This document shows, in pieces, positions 23,601 through 33,147 of a stretch of DNA of 64,000 bases. Made by a program: the position numbers and the translations under genes. This stretch comes from Setoptus koraiensis. Lineage: Eukaryota; Animalia; Arthropoda. Position 1 is the stretch's first letter. Each line of letters begins with the position of its first letter. A model generated the notes under the pieces. That model was not told the origin of the DNA and made no database searches. It saw only the letters and a program-made list of their open reading frames with translations. The stretch is from contig CM106585.1 of NCBI GenBank assembly GCA_048013815.1, positions 16,244,001 to 16,308,000 on the forward strand, in the 5' to 3' direction.

Positions 23601-24393
23601 TCAAAATCAACAACTTGGGAATGCATTCAATAATCAATTACAACAACCAAATCAAAATCAACAACTTGGGAATACATTCAATAATCAATTACAACAACCC
23701 AATCAATATCAACAACATGGGAATTCATTCAATAATCACTTACAACAACCCAATCAATATCAACAACATGGGAATTCATTCAATAATCACTTACAACAAC
23801 CCAATGTCGTAGGTGGTCTTCAGCCGTTCAATCAAAATGTTGGTGCTAACAACAATCAACAAAACGGGTTCCAGCAGAATGGTGGACAAGATCTAAATGG
23901 ATTCAATAATAATAACTTTGCTGGTGGCGCCCCACGAGGAGGTTCATTAGACAATACCTCAAGACAAAATGGATTCGCACAGAACAACCTTCCCAATGGT
24001 GGGTCGCCCCAACAACAGCCAGTTCAACCCAATCTGACGGATAATCACAACAACAATGAGGAAAAGAGCAATCCAGGGGATGGAGCAGACAATCAAGATG
24101 AGAATCCACAAAATGAAAACAATGACGAGAGTCCTCCTGAGAGAGAAACCAACGACGGCGAAGGAGATGAAAATAGCGACCAACCTGAAGAGCAACCTGA
24201 CCAAGATCAACCGTCTGCTGCCGCTTTGACGACAGCAGTCAAATTGAAGCAAGAGGAACCTAAAAATAATCGAGCTCAAACGACTGCCAAAGAGAATAAA
24301 CCTAATAGGCCCTATAAGGCGGGAGTCGAATATTCTTCTAACGAGCAAAGTCACAAACCAATTTCGGCAGTCAATGTGACAGAATTAAAATGA
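20622..24393 (+). CDS. Secreted Asn/Gln-rich low-complexity protein, 2 exons, ~961 aa if the gap overlap is collapsed
   Basis: Signal-peptide-like MIHPTDVLLTAAALALLNAACS. Exon 1 is 20622-21938 joined to 22693-22768; intron 22769-22900 (GTAAGT..CCATAG, phase 1 on both sides); exon 2 is 22901-24393; 2886 nt in frame. Confidence 0.75.
21685..22692 (+). repeat. 254-bp exact direct duplication flanking the gap (21685-21938 = 22439-22692)
   Basis: Both copies run from ATCAAAATCTTAAC to GCCGCTAGA and abut the N run. Confidence 0.9.
21939..22438. other. Assembly gap (500 N)
   Basis: Run of N from 21939 to 22438. Confidence 1.
23593..23805 (+). repeat. 51-bp (17-aa) coding tandem repeat, ~4.2 copies (QPNQNQQLGNAFNNQLQ)
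   Basis: Units start at 23593, 23644, 23695, 23746 and 23797. Confidence 0.9.
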
Positions 24394-24727
24394 TTTTCCT
24401 ATCGTTATAAGCGGGTTAAGAAATCACTGATCTGTTTAACGGTTATCTTGTCAATTAAGACTCACGCAATAAAAAACATATGTAGACACAGATGGTTGAC
24501 GAACATAGTAGACAACAACAACAATAAAAGCTCATAGGTTTATCATTTATTCTCTAAAATATTCATGTAGATTAAAATATTGGACCCAGTTGATAGTTTA
24601 TCGTGTATATTCAGTTAACTAGTGATAGCATGTAGTTGGTTAAATAAATAGGAAAAAAACGTTCTTCTCATCATCATCGTAAAAAAGTATGTATTACGAT
24701 TAAAAGTAGTTTTAGTTTCTCAGGTTT

Positions 24728-25603
24728 TCAATCCTTGAACGAATCTAGACTGACTGTGGGAGCTGTGATGAGTTGTTGTTGTTTCTGAGGTGTTGTTAGA
24801 TTACTATCAGGCGCTGGTTCAAGATTGAGTGACTTCCTGTAGTTTTCATCCTCGACAAGCTTCTGTAGTTCATCGATGTAACGACACGACAGTATGTATT
24901 GATAAACATGATCAATATGAACAAGATTGCTGTAAGTAGATTCTTGGAATCGTTCAATAGCACTTATCACTGTGTCCATCTTTTTGGTCCTCTGGGTTGT
25001 GCCTTGCGAGTGTGCAACACCAACATATATAAGGTCACGTGAGTACATACCCAGATAGGGTATGCAGGGAAGACTGCAAGTGCGGAGGTGAAGTCGAAGA
25101 GATTCAAAATTGCTCTCGTCTGAAAATAGTGCCATTAATCTATCTAGATGTTGCTTGTCCTTAAAATATTTCTTATTAACATAGTGCCATGTTTTGTACA
25201 ATCTGAATATGGGAGTGCTGAACAGTGCGGATACTATAGCATAGCACGAGTGTAAATTGTTCAATTTGAATAGTTTCTTGGCAACTCTGATAAAATGATG
25301 AATTGCATCGGCTCTGCTCCTGGCAGACGAATATGACAGTACCTGTCCAACTACCCAGAAGGTCACTTGATTGAATTGTCTGTTGATGGCAACCACATTG
25401 GGCGACAATTCTTGCTTTTTGTTTCCCGTCCACGAGCCAAGACTTGATAGTTCGTCGCGTCGTATGGCCTTGAACAATGGCAAATCTATGAGAGTTAATT
25501 GTGAGGCAAGAGCCTCGGGCTGGACATCTAAGGCAGATTTGATTGATTTTAAATTGGGCGAATGATTGTTGTTATTGGCGATGATGGTGTACATCATCTC
25601 CAT
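24728..25603 (-). CDS. RalGPS: RalGPS-type RasGEF (CDC25) domain protein, copy A, no PH domain, 291 aa
   Basis: VQPEALASQLTLIDLPLFKAI, SPNVVAINRQFNQVTFWVV, LNNLHS, IPYLGMY and RYIDELQKLVEDENY match the RalGPS1/2 catalytic domain. Confidence 0.85.
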   Translation of the reverse strand: MEMMYTIIANNNNHSPNLKSIKSALDVQPEALASQLTLIDLPLFKAIRRDELSSLGSWTGNKKQELSPNVVAINRQFNQVTFWVVGQVLSYSSARSRADAIHHFIRVAKKLFKLNNLHSCYAIVSALFSTPIFRLYKTWHYVNKKYFKDKQHLDRLMALFSDESNFESLRLHLRTCSLPCIPYLGMYSRDLIYVGVAHSQGTTQRTKKMDTVISAIERFQESTYSNLVHIDHVYQYILSCRYIDELQKLVEDENYRKSLNLEPAPDSNLTTPQKQQQLITAPTVSLDSFKD

Positions 25604-26933
25604 GGGTCCTAATTTTCTGATTGTCCCTAATTTTTTGATTGTTTGTCGATAATTAAAATTTTATATATCACTTATATATCAAGCGACTAAATGCAAACAA
25701 CAAAAGCATATATCAGTATACAATTGTCATTTAATTTTAACGCAACTTTTATTTTGCAACAATCACAGCCTTGCTCAACTCACATTCAACCCCTCGCGGA
25801 ATTTCTCTGCATCAATGTTTTGGCCATTTGGAATGATTCATTTCGAACAATGAATCATACACACAAACACACACACACACAATATGCACGATTCGCTTTT
25901 GTGGTAGCACTATTGTCACTAACAAGGCGCACCATGCTAGCGAGAATTACCGCTGCACGTAGGGTAACACTAAATTCAAAGTTAGTGCGGTTAGTTGCAC
26001 CATAGGCCATTGTTGTTGTTGTTGTTAGTTGCAAAACTTGAGTTGCGCCACAGTAATGTGGCGAATCGTGTGTAATGAGACTTGAAAATTACCATTTATT
26101 ACCAAACAAAACAAACACATTACACTACAGCATCACACATGGAGCTGATGCTCACCATCATCGCCAACAACGATAATCATAGTCATTCTCCCAATTCAAA
26201 ACCAATCAGATCCGCCTCAGACGTCCAGCCCGAGGCTCTTGCCTCACAATTAACTCTCATAGATTTGCCATTGTTCAAGGCCATACGACGCGACGAACTA
26301 TCAAGTCTTGGCTCGTGGACGGGAAACAAAAAGCAAGAATTGTCGCCCAATGTGGTCGCCATCAACAGACAATTCAATCAAGTGACCTTCTGGGTGGTTG
26401 GACAGGTACTGTCATATTCGTCTGCCAGGAGCAGAGCCGATGCAATTCATCATTTTATCAGAGTTGCCAAGAAACTATTCAAATTGAACAATTTACACTC
26501 GTGCTATGCTATAGTATCCGCACTGTTCAGCACTCCCATATTCAGATTGTACAAAACATGGCACTATGTTAATAAGAAATATTTTAAGGACAAGCAACAT
26601 CTAGATAGATTAATGGCACTATTTTCAGACGAGAGCAATTTTGAATCTCTTCGACTTCACCTCCGCACTTGCAGTCTTCCCTGCATACCCTATCTGGGTA
26701 TGTACTCACGTGACCTTATATATGTTGGTGTTGCACACTCGCAAGGCACAACCCAGAGGACCAAAAAGATGGACACAGTGATAAGTGCTATTGAACGATT
26801 CCAAGAATCTACTTACAGCAATCTTGTTCATATTGATCATGTTTATCAATACATACTGTCGTGTCGTTACATCGATGAACTACAGAAGCTTGTCGAAGAT
26901 GAAAACTACAGGAAGTCACTCAGTCTCGAGCCA
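24815..26933. repeat. Inverted duplication, arms ~24815-25603 and ~26139-26933, spacer ~535 bp
   Basis: Manual comparison found 3 synonymous differences over the ~700-bp core. The first ~85 bp are more diverged and contain an indel. Confidence 0.9.
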
Positions 26934-26942
26934 ATATTGTGA
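26139..26942 (+). CDS. RalGPS: RalGPS-type RasGEF domain protein, copy B, no PH domain, 267 aa from the ATG
   Basis: Same motifs as copy A. The ATG at 26139 aligns with the copy A start (MEMMYTIIANN vs MELMLTIIANN). Confidence 0.85.
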   Translation: MELMLTIIANNDNHSHSPNSKPIRSASDVQPEALASQLTLIDLPLFKAIRRDELSSLGSWTGNKKQELSPNVVAINRQFNQVTFWVVGQVLSYSSARSRADAIHHFIRVAKKLFKLNNLHSCYAIVSALFSTPIFRLYKTWHYVNKKYFKDKQHLDRLMALFSDESNFESLRLHLRTCSLPCIPYLGMYSRDLIYVGVAHSQGTTQRTKKMDTVISAIERFQESTYSNLVHIDHVYQYILSCRYIDELQKLVEDENYRKSLSLEPIL

Positions 26943-28105
26943 TAATCACTCATTATATCCGCCCTACTAATTTGTGCTGCATCCATAGAAACATACATGC
27001 TCATTCTTGTAGGCTATAAATGTACATTTGATACGATGGCAATCTTTTGACATACCGGCGCTCAGATTCTGCACTCTCACGAGCGATACGATGAATGTCG
27101 CTTCAATTCTTCCCTACAATGATTTGATAGATCATTAAGATTCTATTGTTTCACTCGATTCACCACGTAATTTGATCTGAGTCACAGAGCAGTCAATTAA
27201 TTGTTTGCAAAGCCAATAAAAGATGAGAAAATATTCTTTGAGACTAGTTTGCCCTCAACGGAGACCTCTCTTGTGGTATCAGTATCAATGGTCGATGAGT
27301 ATGGCCTGCAATTAATGTTATTGTGATGAACTTGAGCTTCAGTTTCATATGGACGCACTAATACATGCAAAGCGATGCACACCGCGCAGACGAACACGTC
27401 GCTCTATATTTCACATCTGACGATAATGCTCAACAGCTAGCATATTGAATTGTGTCACTAATCACGTGCTCTCGTCTCCATTTTGTAAACCTGTAAAGGG
27501 TGTTTCAGGCAGAGCGCACAAAAGCACTAATAGGGCCACGCTGCCTTCCACAGTTTTATGTCCTCCATTTTATTGGGCACGTAAATAGCCCATTAGACCC
27601 GATGCTCTTCAAGAAACTATTGAGTGCACTCACACCATACATCATCTCTTCAATCGTTACATTTTGGTATTCATCGTAGAGCTCGTTGATACAAATTGTC
27701 GGACTAGATATCGCCCCCGAACTAACTGCATGCTTCCAACGTGCATCTCAACATTATCGTAAGGCTTCCACAGCACGATCTCTACAATATCCATTCTTGC
27801 TTTCGGAATCTATCCCCCGCACAGCTGTCAGACGCTACACAGTGGGGGAAGAAAGGGGGAGAAAACACTGACGAGATACTATTAATATTTTCGCGTTTGT
27901 TGCTAAGGCGATCGAATCTATTGGAGTCTTCTTCTGACTTGCTGTCGAAATGTGATCTATTTTACATTATTTATTAGACGGTGTCACATGTCTTTGCTAG
28001 AAATATCCAATTCAATTCCGTATTATTATTCATTTTCATCTATTAAATAGCGGACAGTATCGTATTAGCACGGCACATTCTGGGAAAAGCCTCCAGCAAA
28101 CACAA

Positions 28106-29116
28106 ATGGAACAGCGGAAAGAGTGCGAGCTGATGCCTCCCAAAAGGACACAATTGATGGACCTTCCCAACGAGCTTCTCATAAAGATTCTCAATAAGAT
28201 AAAAGCCAATGGGTTGGACTATCTCAACTACACTAGTCTATGCAACAAGCGACTATTGCAGTTAACATTGGACCATGTCATTCCGAATAGGCTCTATTTT
28301 AGGTTAGTCGGATTCACTCGACTACATTTCGCCACCGGACTAGACGTTTGTCTCAATGGGAGACTGTTTACTCATGATCATATAGTGATTGGTGGTTACG
28401 ATCTAACTACATGTTTAGACTTGATGGACGAGAAGGCACTATTCAAGAACCGTCCATGCCAATCAATTCGATCCATGACAATCCAAGAATGCCTCATTAC
28501 GCCTAGGTCCTTTCGGTTATTGTTTCACCTATTCCCCAATCTAGAACAGTTGCATTTGACTAGGAACATTTATACTTTCAATCAGGATGACTTCCAGCAT
28601 GCTTGTCACTATAAACAAATTCAATGTCTCAAATTAACATTACCCATCCTGTGTAAGCACCACTCAATCTTATCTTGGTTACTTAACCAGTTCGAAGAAA
28701 TCCAACTGTTACATTTTACCTCAATCGACGGGCTGATTAGTAAAAAGAGGCACCATTATAGACGCCATAGAGAAAGTATTGATGAATGGATCTGGAGTAT
28801 GAGAAATTTGAGAGAGATACTCGAAACAGAAAAGGCCAAAAAGTCATTTGTTGATTGTAAGCTCACTACAAAGAGAAACCGAGACGACACCGATGAACTG
28901 CAGTTCGGCCTAGAGCGATTTGACGAAGCTCCAATGCCAGCCATGGTAATTCCTCAACGACATTTTGATGCCATGGACAATTTTGATTTTAATGTGGTAA
29001 TTGCTGGCGATCCCGACCGTGAGGCAGACGACTCTGATGACGATTTTTTCGCCGACGACTTGGAGGATTTCGCGAACTTTGGTGTCCCAGATCAAGGTCC
29101 ATTTGAATTTGATTGA
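28106..29116 (+). CDS. F-box domain protein with LRR-like region and acidic tail, 336 aa
   Basis: LMDLPNELLIKILNKI...SLCNKRLLQL is F-box-like; LFPNLEQLHL is LRR-like; single exon. Confidence 0.65.
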   Translation: MEQRKECELMPPKRTQLMDLPNELLIKILNKIKANGLDYLNYTSLCNKRLLQLTLDHVIPNRLYFRLVGFTRLHFATGLDVCLNGRLFTHDHIVIGGYDLTTCLDLMDEKALFKNRPCQSIRSMTIQECLITPRSFRLLFHLFPNLEQLHLTRNIYTFNQDDFQHACHYKQIQCLKLTLPILCKHHSILSWLLNQFEEIQLLHFTSIDGLISKKRHHYRRHRESIDEWIWSMRNLREILETEKAKKSFVDCKLTTKRNRDDTDELQFGLERFDEAPMPAMVIPQRHFDAMDNFDFNVVIAGDPDREADDSDDDFFADDLEDFANFGVPDQGPFEFD

Positions 29117-29744
29117 CTGGTTACATCGGATTTTATTTTTTGCATCGATATGGATCTGTTTATTTGACTGCCTGCTAGCTCGAGCAATGATGACATAATG
29201 CATGATCATAATTTAAGCCAGCCTTAACAATGTAATTAGCTCAATGATTTCATTGAACGCCTTCCAATCTAAAAGCCCACAAGTCACCTCAAGTCATTCG
29301 TCGTTAGGCAACTTGAGCGCCATGGGAGGAATAATAAAAGAAAACAGAAAAACTTTCAATTATCGTAATAAATGTTCTCTCGTTAAGAAAACGATTTCAT
29401 TCCAAACCAAATAAAGGTTTTTTTTTGTCATTTTTCATTTAAGCCACATTAATTATAGCATATCAAAACAAACATTGCCAGATACTATCTAGTAGATAGA
29501 CAATACATGTAACAAGAAAAGTCTTTGTTATTTGTGAATTGCTAGTGTCTCCTAAATTTATCATAGTAATGCCTGTTCATGCGAGAAGAATAATTATGCT
29601 ATATGATGGTGACATCTTTCATAGCATCATCATAGATCATTCTGATGGTAATAGTTGACAGTCGGAGTCCCTCAAGATTATCAAGACACACAAAATCCAA
29701 CTTCTTACAAGAGCAAATAGACGGGAAAAGCCCACGAGACGAAA

Positions 29745-31667
29745 ATGTTCCATGTTATTAATGGCGGCATGATATTATGCCTCTTTATTGATTGGCTACT
29801 CATCAATGAAATTTACTGTTCGACACTCCTTCGGCCTGCACAACAGGAAGCAGCGTCACTTGAAGTGGCCAGACCAAATGAATATAATCTGATGAAAAAA
29901 ATCGAGGATTCTATAAGTCATGAAGATTTCAACACTTACCCTCCAATTAGTGCCAACATGACGAGGGATCAATTTGGTTACTCCGCTTACAGTGATCTAA
30001 TTGACTACATTAGTCACCACCTTAGCTCCATGGTACCCGCCAAATATGAGCCGTCCAACTCGAACGACAACTTCACCGCTCTATTCGGATCAAAGTTACC
30101 AGTTGAAATGGAGTGGCATTCAACAAGTCGCTCTTTTTCTTCCGGTAATTCTGAACCTGTAACCTCTAGCGTATCCAAACTCATCGTCAATGGTGGTCTG
30201 CCTGTTTACATGACTACCGCAGAGTCAGTGGTCGATAGCATCACCACTCAAGTTGCTTCTATTGCTAAAAGAGGTCTTGATGGGGAAATCGAGGACGTGA
30301 AATGGATGATGGATAACAAACAGGTGCAACCTGGAGCAGAATCATCTCCAGTTAAACCTGTTGCCGCAAGTAGTGCTCGAGGCTTAGGAGAGGATATCAA
30401 GAGTTTGATAAATGATAAAAAAAATAATCACGGTCCAGATCTTGGCCACCACCACGGTCCAGATCTTGGCCACCACCACGGTCTAGATCTCGGTCAACAT
30501 CATGATCAGCACTCGGGTCTCAATATCCCAAATTTGCCCGGTCTAGGAAAGTCAAATGATGACAAGAACGTGTTCGAATCTGTGGGGGGTAATTTCAAAG
30601 ATGCCATAAAGAATTCATTTGAAGACATTGGTGGAGAAATACTGTCGAAGGGCGATATACTTCATAAGGACAACCACGATTATCAACACAATCTTCACCA
30701 ATTAGGTCAACATCGCGATCACCATTATGATCATCATCATGATCATCAGTTTGGTCATCATCAACTGGGTGAGCAGCACAATCATCATTTTGATCATCAT
30801 CAGTTTGGTCCTCATCATGATCATCAGTTCGGTCATCATAATGATCATCGTTTTGGTGAGCACCGGCAGCATGATTCATATAGGTCTGAGGATGATAAGA
30901 ATGTGTTCCAATCGGCTGCTGGAGCTCTGAAGGACTCGATTGACAACATATCAGGTGGTATTGGTAACAACAAAAAATCAAGTGTAAGCAGGAATGAGAT
31001 AGAATCTTCTAGACATGAAAATTCTCAAGCGGTTTCTGAATTGACTAAGACAATTGTTTCTTTACCACAGGAATTGAATGAGCCGGGCCTTCTCAAAGGG
31101 CCGGCCAAATTGGTGAACTCTGTATTGAAGACATCAATCGACACTGTGAAGTCATCCTCGAAAGAGATGAACTCATTGGGCGATACCATAAACGATTCAA
31201 AACTAGGTAGTGGTTTGGGTAAACTACTTCCAGGCGCTCTTCAGGCTTTAGGCGGTGGAGTGTCACTTGGTGAGAAAACATTGGAAACAGCAACAAAAAC
31301 ACATAAAAATTCGAAGCATGAAGAGGATCCCGACGCAAGTTTCTATGAAGACGATGACCCTGAAGCTCACAACAATCCGGGCTTATTTGATGGTGGAAAA
31401 AGGAAGTACTTCAGTAAGGAATGTCGTTTCCGAGTAGCCTGCGAAATTGGTCGAACTGTCATGTCGCCAATGCCGACTGACCTACTCAAACAGTACTCTG
31501 AAAACAAATATATGAAAGACTTTCAGAATAAGTACACGAAAGCCATGACTTTCGGTGTTACCCGAAAAGCTTGCGACCGTTACTATTGTGTGCTCGTTAA
31601 CATGATGGGCGGCCCAGGTCCGTTCGCCACAGGTGTGATGGAACTGTTTTTGAAGAAGTCTGTTTAG
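29745..31667 (+). CDS. Secreted His-rich protein with C-terminal Cys motif (CRFRVACEIG...ACDRYYC), 640 aa
   Basis: Hydrophobic N-terminus, His-rich repeats and a 4-Cys C-terminal domain loosely like the arthropod DM4/DM12 C-x-x-R-x-x-C-E pattern. Confidence 0.75.
   Translation: MFHVINGGMILCLFIDWLLINEIYCSTLLRPAQQEAASLEVARPNEYNLMKKIEDSISHEDFNTYPPISANMTRDQFGYSAYSDLIDYISHHLSSMVPAKYEPSNSNDNFTALFGSKLPVEMEWHSTSRSFSSGNSEPVTSSVSKLIVNGGLPVYMTTAESVVDSITTQVASIAKRGLDGEIEDVKWMMDNKQVQPGAESSPVKPVAASSARGLGEDIKSLINDKKNNHGPDLGHHHGPDLGHHHGLDLGQHHDQHSGLNIPNLPGLGKSNDDKNVFESVGGNFKDAIKNSFEDIGGEILSKGDILHKDNHDYQHNLHQLGQHRDHHYDHHHDHQFGHHQLGEQHNHHFDHHQFGPHHDHQFGHHNDHRFGEHRQHDSYRSEDDKNVFQSAAGALKDSIDNISGGIGNNKKSSVSRNEIESSRHENSQAVSELTKTIVSLPQELNEPGLLKGPAKLVNSVLKTSIDTVKSSSKEMNSLGDTINDSKLGSGLGKLLPGALQALGGGVSLGEKTLETATKTHKNSKHEEDPDASFYEDDDPEAHNNPGLFDGGKRKYFSKECRFRVACEIGRTVMSPMPTDLLKQYSENKYMKDFQNKYTKAMTFGVTRKACDRYYCVLVNMMGGPGPFATGVMELFLKKSV
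30429..30500 (+). repeat. 24-bp coding tandem repeat x3 (HGPDLGHH)
   Basis: CACGGTCCAGATCTTGGCCACCAC at 30429 and 30453, with a variant at 30477. Confidence 0.9.
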
Positions 31668-31980
31668 ATCTTTATAAAAATATACTGGAATTTGACCAGC
31701 CGTTCGGATTTATCCCAACCTAGGTGTTTGCTCTAGATGTGTTGTTAGCGTTATGAACTGTCACAATGAATGAATGTCGACCAAACTATAAACTACTATT
31801 ATGCAACGAAACAACCATAAAATAAGGCATTGAGAGATCTTGTTACCACATCCTGTTTATTTGCAAATCACAATATTGTTTCGGTCCCTCAAGTCAGGTG
31901 GATATATGTTGGCATTCTGGTAGACTCAAAAATTCACGACGCGCCAGACATAACAAAATTGCCAATACATATTATGCTAC

Positions 31981-33147
31981 TTAATGGTTTCTTGGAACAA
32001 AGCTCCACTTTTCTATCTGGGTGCGCTCCTCCAGAGTCAACTGTTGGTCAGTCTTGAAGGCCTTAGTTCCGTCCACTGCTTGCTGCGCCTCGCTGGCCGA
32101 AGCAACTTTGAATGGAGATTGGCTTACGCAAAGATTCTTCAGAGATAGTTCATGGCCCTTGTTGGCGGCGTTTCCTATCAAATCTTTCCATTGCTGATGG
32201 GTTTCTACTATGATTTTCTCTGCAAACTCTCTATTTTGAGCTTTTCCATCAAATGCAAATTTATTGACTGGCTTGCCATCGGGCACTTTGTATATCTTAA
32301 ACCATTCACGTGTTGCGTCAATGTAGCCAGGCATATTGGTCTCGATATCGTCGAGATCGTTTAATTTTGCAGCCATTGGATCGTTGGCGTTGATGACCAA
32401 CAATTTCCAGTCTGTTTCGCCATCATCGATGAGGGCCATAACACCCAACACTTTGACCGGAACAACTTGTCCACGTTTCAATTGCAATGAACCAATTTCG
32501 CATACATCAATGGGGTCATTGTCGCCCATAGCCTTGGTACGCTCATCAAGATGTTTCGGATTTTCCCATGTTTGTGGCAATGCTCCATAGTTCCACAAAT
32601 AGCCATGATAGGGAAAACAATTGTGCACAAAACGTAACGCTCCCTTCTTGACGTCCTGTTTGATGGGGTTGAACGGCTCCTTTGTGGCTATCTCCATTTT
32701 AGCGTTGGTAAATTTTGGTATCTCAACAATCATATTGTAGGTTTTGGCCTTGCCATCGGCCACCAATGGAATATCGTGAAAGGGCGAAATTATGTGACCA
32801 TCGGCATTCTTGATAAATACCCGATAATCGGGTGTATTGATGGTTCCTCTCTCTACAATTGAGTACATTTTTTTTGTTGATAAATTAACTAGAGTTCGTG
32901 CAGACCTGATTATCATATCATCAGTGAGACGAAGACCGATCGGCGATGTTGCCCGACAATTGGGATAATAATTGCCTATCGACAGCAATGTTATCAAGAT
33001 TACAATAGTGAACAATATTGACGCCGATAAAATTGACAGCTTGACGTGGTTTTTTATCATTATCCAACGTATGACACGCACGTTTGAGTTCACCATGCCA
33101 ACATCTTGAGGGCGCAGAGCGAGCTCGCCCTTGCGGACAATCGACAA
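31981..33147 (-). CDS. Nurf-38: Soluble inorganic pyrophosphatase (family I) with N-terminal extension
   Basis: Signature DNDPIDVCEIG, plus ISPFHDIPL, YGALPQTWE, DDGETDWK and YKVPDGKP. The true start codon is uncertain. Confidence 0.92.
   Translation of the reverse strand: MSIVRKGELALRPQDVGMVNSNVRVIRWIMIKNHVKLSILSASILFTIVILITLLSIGNYYPNCRATSPIGLRLTDDMIIRSARTLVNLSTKKMYSIVERGTINTPDYRVFIKNADGHIISPFHDIPLVADGKAKTYNMIVEIPKFTNAKMEIATKEPFNPIKQDVKKGALRFVHNCFPYHGYLWNYGALPQTWENPKHLDERTKAMGDNDPIDVCEIGSLQLKRGQVVPVKVLGVMALIDDGETDWKLLVINANDPMAAKLNDLDDIETNMPGYIDATREWFKIYKVPDGKPVNKFAFDGKAQNREFAEKIIVETHQQWKDLIGNAANKGHELSLKNLCVSQSPFKVASASEAQQAVDGTKAFKTDQQLTLEERTQIEKWSFVPRNH

Noticed and set aside
26950-27980. 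Short ORF fragments between RalGPS copy B and the F-box gene, checked as PH exons or a pseudogene
   Set aside because: There is no PH-like or other recognisable motif, and stops occur in all frames.
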